Source: Chthoniobacterales bacterium (GTDB taxonomy: Bacteria; Verrucomicrobiota; Verrucomicrobiia; Chthoniobacterales; Chthoniobacteraceae). Taken from it: a DNA stretch of 64,000 nt. The position numbers were made by a program, and so were the translations under genes. How positions within the stretch are numbered: position 1 is the stretch's first letter; every line of letters starts with the position of its first letter. The stretch covers positions 64,001 through 128,000 of the forward strand of contig JBBQZX010000008.1 in assembly GCA_038207335.1 (NCBI GenBank), given 5' to 3'. Shown in pieces: positions 10,101 to 17,721 of this stretch. The notes below the pieces were generated by a model. The model did not search any database. It worked only from the letters and a program-made list of their open reading frames with translations, and was not told the origin of the DNA.

Positions 10101-10908
10101 CCGCGCGCTCCAACCTCGGATGTTCGAAGACGTGGACGTGGAATTCGCGCGTCGCTTCGCTCGCGTATTCGACATGGTAGCTGAGGTCGGCATCGACATT
10201 CGGCAGACCGCCGCCGAAGACCGGATCGTCGAGATTTTTTGCGAGCGGAACTCGCTCCGGCGCTTGATTTGCGCGCGTCACCACAAGCGTCGCTTCGGGT
10301 GGAGGATTACTCGCGAATTTCGCCAGAACGACGAACCCGTTGCCGCGCTCGAGCTCCGTGTCGCCGGGCGTGACGCTCACCGCTTTTCCACCCGGCACCA
10401 TAGCCGCCACGTCGGCGTTTCGACTGAGCGGGAGGTCGTGTAGCGCGACGATCATCGCGAGGAAAAGCAGCGCATTTGCGATGACGGCCGCACCCAGCAC
10501 CCACTGCGGGATCGCATCCACCCACGGGCGTTCGCGACTCGCACGGATGGCCTCGGTAACCACACGTTGCTGGAGGAAACTCAGTTCGCCGCCCGATCGC
10601 CGGGGGCGCTGCTCGACCGCAGTGACGAGCAGCGCGTGGAGGTCGGGTTGCCGCTCCTCGATCGTGCGCGCAATGCTGTGATAATTGGGCTTCCACGCCG
10701 CCGCGCGCCGCCAGACAAGCCACGAAATAATCGCGGCAATGAGCCCGAGGATGAGCGGAGCAAACGGAATCTCGAGTTTGGCCACCACGATCACGCGCGC
10801 GGCGATCAGGATCGCCATCCAGCAGAGCGCGAGTCCGCGCCAGCGGCGGAGGCTGCGATGCCGCTCTGCGACTGGATTCAGCGCGGTCTGGAGAAGTGAG
10901 GCGATCAT
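7186..10908 (-). CDS. Large membrane-anchored coiled-coil protein (DUF4175-like)
   Basis: ATG 10908 overlaps the upstream stop; N-terminal TMs, Ig-like region (AWDDFG), long Q/E coiled coil, G/S/E low-complexity tail, end motif PVPARFAEQVRKYYEDL. Confidence 0.75.
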   Translation of the reverse strand: MIASLLQTALNPVAERHRSLRRWRGLALCWMAILIAARVIVVAKLEIPFAPLILGLIAAIISWLVWRRAAAWKPNYHSIARTIEERQPDLHALLVTAVEQRPRRSGGELSFLQQRVVTEAIRASRERPWVDAIPQWVLGAAVIANALLFLAMIVALHDLPLSRNADVAAMVPGGKAVSVTPGDTELERGNGFVVLAKFASNPPPEATLVVTRANQAPERVPLAKNLDDPVFGGGLPNVDADLSYHVEYASEATREFHVHVFEHPRLERADAVLHFPNYTQLPEKKIADTRRVSAVEGTKLSFTMQLNKPVKAAQLVAKNQPPIALTVEAGKAVVSLRELPIAASATYELKLVDADGRSNKVPDQFTIEALPNRRPELKFIQPKGDQRVSALQEISFVAEAWDDFGMPRFGMSYTVADSESKEVVFTQDTKPDERVQGRQMVKLEEVGVKPDDLISWTLWAEDIGPDGAVRRTSSDLYFAEVRPFEEVYRPGQEGGGEGEAGSGEETSKLAELQKQIIAATWNLQRGESTQGGHVSPKYATDEPVIRDSQKHVVEMAEAMREKIDQPRARAFLETAIDAMQEAGKRLGEAANSTEPLPAALTAEQSAYSALLKLASHEFQVSKSKSNGKPSSSQNRQQELEQLDLKAEEKRYETRKEAAPQQNAQQTAQLAILNRLKELAQRQQDINERLKELQTALQEAKDEAQKEEIRRRLKRLREEEQQLVSEADATQQKMQQPENAAALAQERKQLEQTRDQAQRAAEAMERGAVPEALASGTRTGRELQQLRDDFRKKSAGQFSDEMREMRTDARELAARQEAISKQLAEDAQKTARRTLDGSGAQQLAKDFESQQEKLGQLREAMKRVSEQAEAVEPLLSKELYDTLRKNAQQGTDETLKRAGQLATNGFGEHARKFESKAREEIEEVKSGVERAAESVLGNEAEALRTARAEIDALSEQLNREIAKAEPKLAQNDAAAAGGAGANTQDSAEAFKKTSSGDQAGKPVAAQGKDSAEPKEGGGPGLKPREDSAQSAETPNGSGKGESTAQAQSENGSGTEGGEKRGSGKTGDGKGEGKPQGGEGASSKGQNGKGSAPGGEAGDPQRPGEGLRQLTSNNRVGSGNGGAGGTEYGPLAGGGFVEWSDRLRNVEEMLDQPALRNEAAQVREAARGIRAESKKNAAQPAWDEVRSKISLPLAELRNRVSEELARRDSKESLVPIDRDPVPARFAEQVRKYYEDLGRSAPR

Positions 10909-12971
10909 GGCTGTGGCTCGGGCACCGGGGTGGCGGAGGAGAGTTTTGCGGCGAGCAATGTTTCGGCCAGCAAAACCCCGAGCGCAAAGACGATCAACCA
11001 GCGCCACAATTTCTGGCGGCTCTCCTGCTCGCCGGCACGCGCTCGCATTTGCTCGCGCGGGGTCGGCGGCGGCGCGGCTGCGGAGTGCAACGGAACACCG
11101 AGGCTGGCGAGACGTGAAGGCTCCATCGGAGCAGTTTTGCCTTCTTCTGGGTCGCTATTCACGACGAAGCGCTCGTTTTCCGGCGTGATGAGATAGACGC
11201 CCGGCTCATCCGTTCCAGTGAATTTCGCGCCGCTCGCGACTTCGGTTTCTTTGCCGTGCGGTCTGCGAACCTTGTGAGGAAGAGGGCTGGCCGACATCGC
11301 CACATCGTCACCGACGAAATACTGCGCCGGACGTGGCTGCGCGTCGCTGCTGAGATCGAGAAGCGCATAGAGGAGCGGAACGAACTTCGACGAGAGCGCG
11401 AGCTGGCTGTCGGCGGGCCTCCAACTGCTCGTGAAGACGACAACGCTGCCTTTACCGATCGGCACCTGGACCACTGCCGCGTCGCCCGTATCGAAGTGCG
11501 CGAGGATCTTCGCACCGGGAATCTTCGCGGTGTCGAGCTGGCGGTAATTCCAGAAGTGAATCTTCGTGAAATCACTAAACCGCGGATCGGCAAACGCCGC
11601 GAAAATCGGGTGAGCGAAATCGATCTGCGAGAGCATCGCATAGTCTTTCGACGCAGCCTCGGCGGCGGAGAGCGCGGGAGACTCGAGAAGCCTGGAAAGC
11701 GCTTGCTCGCTTGATTCCGAGGTCATGGGCAGCAGGACTATCTTTCCCCCGAGAGCAAACTTTCGCGCCGCCGCGATGGCTGGCTCGCTTGTTTCATCGC
11801 CGATTACGAGGAGCTGCGCACCGCGGAGTTCCATCTCGGACGGCGGCTGGCCATCCGAGTGCGCGATGAGTTCGACACGCTGACGCCGCGTGTCCTGAAA
11901 AGCGCGCGCCAGATAGTAGAGCGACTGTTTCGGGTTTTCCGCAGTTTCGTTGCCGAGAAAAAGCACGGGGATGTGTGTGGGCTTGGGCGTCACGACGTAG
12001 AGCCGCTCGAACATCGCACCCTCACCGATCAGATCGATTTCACCGGTCGCTGCCGCGAGGTCGCTGGGCTTGGGCGCGTGGACGATCCGCGATTGCCCGG
12101 GTGGGACTTGAAGTTGGATTCCCGCCTCTCCCGCCCACTGCAACGTGAATCGGTCTGAGGTGGAATCGGCTAAATTGATCACACGGAGCCGGGATTCGGA
12201 ATCGGCGGTCGTCGGCTCGCTCGCATCCGCATCGGTGAGCCATTGGATGCTCGCGCCACCGCTCCGTTTCGCGCGCACCGGCGCGAGCGTTACTTCGATT
12301 CCACGAGGCCAGTTGAAGCCCTGCAAGCTGCCGAGTCGCGAGCCTTCTTGAAGGTCGCTGACGAGAATGATTTCACGACTTTTGGGTTGCTCGGAGTGTT
12401 GCCCGTCGAGGAGAGCGGCTGCGTTCTCGAGGGCGTGTCCGAGTTCCGTGGAGGCCCACGTCGGCCGCGTGGTCTTAAGACGCGAAGCAGCGGCTGAATC
12501 TCGCACGCCCGGCGGAATCTGCCGCCATTCCTCGAAACTGAGGAGAGTGCGGGAGGTGCGATCGAAGGCAATGAGCGCGAGCTCGTCGCCCGACGCGGCG
12601 TGAGCGAAAACGTCGTCCACTTTCGCCTGCGCCTGCTGCCACAAATCCTCGCGCGTCATGCTTGCGCTCGTGTCGATCAGGACGACCGCGCGTTTTCCAG
12701 CCGGCTGCAAAGGCTGTGTGGAGGCTGATTCGCGCTGGATGAGCGGACGCGCAAAACCGAGCGCGAGCAACACGATCGCGAGACAACGCAGCAGGAGAAG
12801 CCAGATATTCTCGAGCCGACTGCGGCGCGTGACGCGCGGCGGCGTCGCTTTCAAAAACATGAGGGAGCTGAACAGCGTCACCTCGCGGCTCGTGCGGCGG
12901 ATGAGGTGAAACGCGACCGGGAGCCCAATCGCGAGCGCGCCGAGGAGGAAGAGCGGTGCGAGGAAAAGCAT
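10905..12971 (-). CDS. BatA (aerotolerance N-terminal) plus vWA domain membrane protein
   Basis: MLFLAPLFLLGALAIGLPVAFHLIRR...FSSLMFL...LLLLRCL...ARP; MIDAS LIDTSASM; LVSDLQ; C-terminal TM. Confidence 0.85.
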   Translation of the reverse strand: MLFLAPLFLLGALAIGLPVAFHLIRRTSREVTLFSSLMFLKATPPRVTRRSRLENIWLLLLRCLAIVLLALGFARPLIQRESASTQPLQPAGKRAVVLIDTSASMTREDLWQQAQAKVDDVFAHAASGDELALIAFDRTSRTLLSFEEWRQIPPGVRDSAAASRLKTTRPTWASTELGHALENAAALLDGQHSEQPKSREIILVSDLQEGSRLGSLQGFNWPRGIEVTLAPVRAKRSGGASIQWLTDADASEPTTADSESRLRVINLADSTSDRFTLQWAGEAGIQLQVPPGQSRIVHAPKPSDLAAATGEIDLIGEGAMFERLYVVTPKPTHIPVLFLGNETAENPKQSLYYLARAFQDTRRQRVELIAHSDGQPPSEMELRGAQLLVIGDETSEPAIAAARKFALGGKIVLLPMTSESSEQALSRLLESPALSAAEAASKDYAMLSQIDFAHPIFAAFADPRFSDFTKIHFWNYRQLDTAKIPGAKILAHFDTGDAAVVQVPIGKGSVVVFTSSWRPADSQLALSSKFVPLLYALLDLSSDAQPRPAQYFVGDDVAMSASPLPHKVRRPHGKETEVASGAKFTGTDEPGVYLITPENERFVVNSDPEEGKTAPMEPSRLASLGVPLHSAAAPPPTPREQMRARAGEQESRQKLWRWLIVFALGVLLAETLLAAKLSSATPVPEPQP

Positions 12972-13006
12972 CGGCTAGCTCCGTGTCGGTCGCGCGTGAA
13001 GAGAAC

Positions 13007-13927
13007 TCATGCGCGCTGGTGGCGGCGGATGATCTTCTTGCCGCGCTGGGTGCGGGACTTCAGAAAATCGAAGAGCGCGAGTTCGAGAGGTCTGTCTGTG
13101 CCAACCCGGTGCAGACTGATGCCAAGGCGCTCGCAGGTCGAGCGGACGGCGGCGACATGGGCATCGAAAAGCCGCGCGTAATCAGCGCGCGCTGCCGATG
13201 GATCGAGGTAGAGATCGCGGCCGGTTTCGGCATCACGAAAGCGCGAAGATTTCTCGAAATCGAACCGCGCCTCCGCGGGATCGAGGAGGTGAAAAAGCAG
13301 CACCTCATGGCCGGCGGCGGTGAGGAGCGAAAGGCTGGAGTCCAACGTTTCAATCGGCGCGAGGAGATCGGAGATGAGGACGATGAGGCCACGTTTGCGC
13401 ATCAGCTCTGCCATGCGTTTCAGCGGCGCGGAGAGATCGGTCGCAGCGCCGGATGTTTCCTTTTCCAGCGCGAGCATGAGATGCCGCAGATGGCCGGGGC
13501 GATGCCGCGCGGGGAGATATTCGCGAACGGTTTCGTCGAAGGTGAGGAGGCCGACGGCGTCGCCCTGCTGATGCAGGAAATGCGCGAATGTGGCGGCGAG
13601 CGTGTTGGCGTATTTCGCCTTTGAGTAGCCGCGCGAGCCGAAGCTCATCGAGCGGCTGTTATCGACGAGGAGATGGCAGCGGAGGTTCGTTTCGTCCTCG
13701 AATTTCTTGATGAAATAGCGGTCGGTGCGCGCGACGAGACGCCAGTCGAGATGCCGCGGATCGTCGCCGGGCGTGTAGGCACGATACTCGGTGAACTCGA
13801 CGGAAAAGCCGTGATACGGGCTGCGATGCTGGCCGTGCCAAAAGCCCTCCACGACAGTGCGTGCGCGCAATTCGAGATTGCGAATGCTCATGAGCGCCTG
13901 CGAATCGAGGAGAGTCGCCGAGGTCAT
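13007..13927 (-). CDS. DUF58 / vWA-like MoxR-associated protein
   Basis: GQHRSPYHGFSVEFTEYRAYTPGDDPRHLDWR, KKFEDETN, VDNSRSM, VLISD. Confidence 0.9.
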   Translation of the reverse strand: MTSATLLDSQALMSIRNLELRARTVVEGFWHGQHRSPYHGFSVEFTEYRAYTPGDDPRHLDWRLVARTDRYFIKKFEDETNLRCHLLVDNSRSMSFGSRGYSKAKYANTLAATFAHFLHQQGDAVGLLTFDETVREYLPARHRPGHLRHLMLALEKETSGAATDLSAPLKRMAELMRKRGLIVLISDLLAPIETLDSSLSLLTAAGHEVLLFHLLDPAEARFDFEKSSRFRDAETGRDLYLDPSAARADYARLFDAHVAAVRSTCERLGISLHRVGTDRPLELALFDFLKSRTQRGKKIIRRHQRA

Positions 13928-13939
13928 TTCATCCGACGC

Positions 13940-14938
13940 TTACTTCACCTCCGCGAGCAGACGGGCGATGACTTTCTCAACGCTCACGGCATCGGCCTCG
14001 GCGCGATAATTCACCAAAATACGATGCCGTAAAACCGGCGATGCGAGCGCGACGATGTCCTCGCGGGTGACGTGTGCGCGGCCGTGGAGCAGCGCGCGGG
14101 TTTTCGCGCCGAGTGTGAGAAATTGCGCGGCGCGCGTGCCTGCGCCCCAGCTCACCCATTCGTTGATAAAGTCGGGCGTCCCGGGCTGGCGCGGGCGCGA
14201 CGCTGCGGCGATGCGCACCGCGTAGCGGACGAGTTCTTCGGCGATCGGCACTTTTCTCACGATGTCGTGAAAGCGAAGCACGTCTTCGCCGGTGAAAATC
14301 GCCTCGATTGGCTCGCTATCTCCCGCAGTCGTGCGCGTGACCACGGCGACCTCGTCGTCCTCGGGCAGGTAGTCGATCACGACGTTGAACATTAACCGGT
14401 CGAGCTGCGCCTCGGGCAACGGATAGGTGCCTTCCATCTCGATCGGATTCTGCGTCGCCAGCACGAAGAACGGCTCGGGCAGCGCGTATCTTTTTCCCGA
14501 CGCGGTGACCTGGTGCTCACCCATCGCCTCGAGCAGCGCCGCCTGCGTCTTTGGCGGAGTGCGGTTGATCTCATCGGCGAGAATCATGTGGCCGAAGATC
14601 GGCCCGGGTACGAAGACGAGCGCCCGCCCGTCGCCCGTCTCCTGCAGGATTTCGACGCCCGTGATGTCCGTCGGCATGAGGTCGGGCGTGAATTGAATGC
14701 GACGAAAATCGAGGTGGAAAATGCGCGCGATCGACTTAACGAGCAGCGTCTTCGCGAGGCCCGGCGCGCCGGTGATGAGGCAGTGCCCGCCGGCGAAAAG
14801 CGCAATGAGAAGCTGCTCGATCACGGCCTGCTGGCCGACGATCACCTTGCCGAGTTCCGCTGCGATCCGGGGCCGCGCGCGCTCGAGCATTTGCACCGTT
14901 TCGTGGTCGCTATTCGGAGTCGGCTCGGAGTTGCTCAT
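13940..14938 (-). CDS. moxR: MoxR family AAA+ ATPase
   Basis: Walker A GAPGLAKT, RIQFTPDLMPTDITG, Walker B ILADEINRTPPKTQAALLEAM, ATQNPIEMEGTYPLPEAQLDR. Confidence 0.93.
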   Translation of the reverse strand: MSNSEPTPNSDHETVQMLERARPRIAAELGKVIVGQQAVIEQLLIALFAGGHCLITGAPGLAKTLLVKSIARIFHLDFRRIQFTPDLMPTDITGVEILQETGDGRALVFVPGPIFGHMILADEINRTPPKTQAALLEAMGEHQVTASGKRYALPEPFFVLATQNPIEMEGTYPLPEAQLDRLMFNVVIDYLPEDDEVAVVTRTTAGDSEPIEAIFTGEDVLRFHDIVRKVPIAEELVRYAVRIAAASRPRQPGTPDFINEWVSWGAGTRAAQFLTLGAKTRALLHGRAHVTREDIVALASPVLRHRILVNYRAEADAVSVEKVIARLLAEVK

Positions 14939-15007
14939 CGGGGGTGGAAGAGAGCCCCTTTTCGCGAAGAGCGCGAGCGGGAATCGGATGCTGCAAGATC
15001 CGGCATT

Positions 15008-17545
15008 TCAAAACAGCGTCATCTGCGGCTTCATAGTGGCGCGGGCCTTTTCGAGTTTTCTTTTGCCGCGGGGTCTGCCGTGCGTGGGTGGCGGCGGGGC
15101 TTCGGCGAGGGCGGGTTTTCCCTCGGCGTTTAGCTCTGATTGCTCAAGGTTCGAGAGGATTTCCTTTGCGCGTTTGATGATCGTGGGTGGCAGGCCGGCG
15201 AGGCGCGCGACTTGGATGCCGTAGCTTTTGTCCGCACCACCGCGGACGATTTTTCGGAGGAAGATGATCTGGTCGTTCCATTCGCGGACGGCGACGTTGT
15301 AATTTCTCACGCCGCCGCGCGTCATTTCGAGCTCGGTGAGTTCGTGGTAGTGCGTGGCGAAAAGCGTGCGGGCGCGCACTTCATCGTGGAGAAACTCGGC
15401 GACGCTCCACGCGATCGAGAGACCGTCGAATGTCGAGGTGCCGCGCCCGATTTCGTCCAAAATGATGAGCGAACGCGCGGTCGCGTTGTTGGTGATATTC
15501 GCGGTTTCGTTCATCTCGACCATGAAGGTCGATTGGCCGCGCGAGAGGTCGTCATTTGCGCCGACCCTCGTAAATATGCGGTCTGCGAGGCCGATCTCGG
15601 CGCTGGCGGCGGGGAGCCATGAGCCGATTTGCGCCATTAGGACGAGGAGCGCGACCTGCCGGATATAGGTCGATTTTCCCGCCATGTTTGGCCCGGTGAG
15701 GATGAGCAGACGGTTGCGGTCGCCGTCGAGTTCGACGTCGTTCGGTACGAATTTTTCGTCGGCGAGGCATTGGTCGAGGACAGGGTGCCGGCCATCCGAG
15801 ACGCGGATTTTCAACTCCCCGCTCAGCGCGGGCCGGCAGTATCCGAAGAGGCGCGCGGTCTCGGCGAGCGAGCCGAGAACATCGAGCGCGGCGATGGCGG
15901 CAGCGGTTTGCTGGAGCGGCACGAGTTCGCGCAGGACGTCGTCGCGGAGCTGGTTGAAAAGTTCGATTTCGAGGGCTTTCCCTCGCTCGTCTGCGCCGAG
16001 GATTTTGCCTTCGACTTCCTTCAACTCGGGCGTGATGAAGCGCTCGCCGGTGGCCACGGTTTGCTTGCGATGCCACGTTGGCGGAACAGCGCCGAGATTG
16101 GATTTCGTGACCTCGATGAAGTACCCGAAAACCGAGGTGAAGCGGACTTTGAGCGACTTGATGCCGGTAGCCTCGATCTCGCGCTGCTGGAGTTGCGCGA
16201 TCCAGTCTTTGCCCTCGCGCGCGGCGTTGCGGAGCTCGTCGAGTGGGGCGTGGTAGCCATCGCGGAACATGCCGCCGTCGCGCGTGATGGCGGGCGGCTC
16301 GTCCACGATCGCGGTGGCGAGGAGGGAGACGAGGTCGGGGAGTTCGTGGAGTTCGGCGGCAATGCCGGCGGCGAGCGATTCGCTTTGCCCGATCGCGAAG
16401 GTGTCGGCGGCGAGCAACGCCGCGAGGTCGGCTTTGATCTGCGGGATTTGCTCCAGACTGGAGCGCAGGACGAGCAGGTCCCGCGCGTTGCCGCCGGTCT
16501 GCGTGAGGCGGCCGACGGTGCGCTCCATGTCCCGGATCGATTTCAGCGAGTCGCGGATTTTCCCGAGCAGGAACGGCTCGGCGAGCAGGTCGCCGATCAT
16601 TTGCTGGCGGGCATTCAGCGGTGACAGCTCGCAGAGCGGATGCAGGATCCAGTCGCGCAATTTCCGCGCGCCCATCGGCGTGACAGTGCGGTCGAGCGCG
16701 CCGAGCAGGGAGGTGTCGCGCCCGCCACCGCGCGCGGTGACGAGTTCGAGATTTGCCTGCGTCGTGGCGTCAAGCAACATGAACTGCGAGCTGCGATAAA
16801 CCGTGAGCCGCGCGATGTGGCCGAGTTCGCGGCGCAGCTCGTTTTTCAAATAATGCAGGATCGCGCCCGCCGCGCAGATGGCCGCGGGGACGTCGTCGCA
16901 GCCAAAGCCGTCGAGCGACTGCACTTTGAAATGCTCGCGCAAAGTGAAGGACGCCTGCTCGTGGAGAAACGTGTAGCCGTCGCGCGCGACGAGACCGCGG
17001 AGGTGGGAGAAAAGCGCGGCTTGCTCGTCGCTCACGAGCACCTCGGCAGGCTGGACGCGGGCGAGCTCGTCGGCGAGCGCGGCGTTGTCGGCGAGTTCGG
17101 TGAGGCGGAAATCGCCGGTGGTTAGATCGACGAATGCGAAGCCGAATGCGCCGTCGCGCCCGGCGGAAATGGAGGCGAGGAAATTGTTCCTTTTCGCATC
17201 GAGCATCTGCACGTCGGAGACGGTGCCGGGGCTCACGATTTGCGTGACCTCGCGCTGCACGATCTGGCCTTTTTGCGGCTCGCTGACTTGGTCGCAGATC
17301 GCCACGCGTCTCCCGGCTTTGATGAGCCGGCGGAGATATCCGTCAAGCGCGTGGTAAGGGATGCCACACATGGGGACCGTGTTTCGCTTGGTCAGCGCAA
17401 CATTCAGGATGGCGGAGGCGTCCTTCGCGTCGTCGAAGAACATCTCGTAGAAATCGCCGAGGCGGAAAAGCAGAAGGGTATCCGGCGGGAGGCTGCGCCG
17501 GATGCCCTGGTACTGGCGCATCATCGGGGTGAGTTCTTCGGGCAC
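15008..17545 (-). CDS. mutS: DNA mismatch repair protein MutS
   Basis: TPMMRQY, FRLGDFYEMF, TGPNMAGKSTY, GQSTFMVEM, LDEIGRGTSTFDG, ATHYHEL; GTG start 17545 is supported by the promoter just upstream. Confidence 0.97.
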   Translation of the reverse strand: MPEELTPMMRQYQGIRRSLPPDTLLLFRLGDFYEMFFDDAKDASAILNVALTKRNTVPMCGIPYHALDGYLRRLIKAGRRVAICDQVSEPQKGQIVQREVTQIVSPGTVSDVQMLDAKRNNFLASISAGRDGAFGFAFVDLTTGDFRLTELADNAALADELARVQPAEVLVSDEQAALFSHLRGLVARDGYTFLHEQASFTLREHFKVQSLDGFGCDDVPAAICAAGAILHYLKNELRRELGHIARLTVYRSSQFMLLDATTQANLELVTARGGGRDTSLLGALDRTVTPMGARKLRDWILHPLCELSPLNARQQMIGDLLAEPFLLGKIRDSLKSIRDMERTVGRLTQTGGNARDLLVLRSSLEQIPQIKADLAALLAADTFAIGQSESLAAGIAAELHELPDLVSLLATAIVDEPPAITRDGGMFRDGYHAPLDELRNAAREGKDWIAQLQQREIEATGIKSLKVRFTSVFGYFIEVTKSNLGAVPPTWHRKQTVATGERFITPELKEVEGKILGADERGKALEIELFNQLRDDVLRELVPLQQTAAAIAALDVLGSLAETARLFGYCRPALSGELKIRVSDGRHPVLDQCLADEKFVPNDVELDGDRNRLLILTGPNMAGKSTYIRQVALLVLMAQIGSWLPAASAEIGLADRIFTRVGANDDLSRGQSTFMVEMNETANITNNATARSLIILDEIGRGTSTFDGLSIAWSVAEFLHDEVRARTLFATHYHELTELEMTRGGVRNYNVAVREWNDQIIFLRKIVRGGADKSYGIQVARLAGLPPTIIKRAKEILSNLEQSELNAEGKPALAEAPPPPTHGRPRGKRKLEKARATMKPQMTLF

Positions 17546-17552
17546 GGCGCGG

Positions 17553-17581
17553 ACGCTAGGGGCGGCGTGGCGGAGCTTCAA
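17553..17581 (-). promoter_or_regulatory. Putative sigma70 promoter of mutS (leaderless)
   Basis: Minus strand TTGAAG-17 nt-TAGCGT, ending 7 nt before the GTG start. Confidence 0.55.
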
Positions 17582-17683
17582 GCCCGACCGGGGGCGCCTC
17601 GTTGTTCAAGCATGCCGTTGCAGCCCGGGAATGCGTCGTTTCTCGTCGGTGAAAAAAATATTAGCTCCGAAGCAAAGGCGCGC

Positions 17684-17711
17684 TTGAGAATGGCTAGAAC
17701 GCTTCTACGTT
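17684..17711 (+). promoter_or_regulatory. Putative sigma70 promoter of the surface-protein gene
   Basis: TTGAGA-16 nt-TACGTT, ending 10 nt before ATG 17722. Confidence 0.4.
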
Positions 17712-17721
17712 CCGCCCGCCC

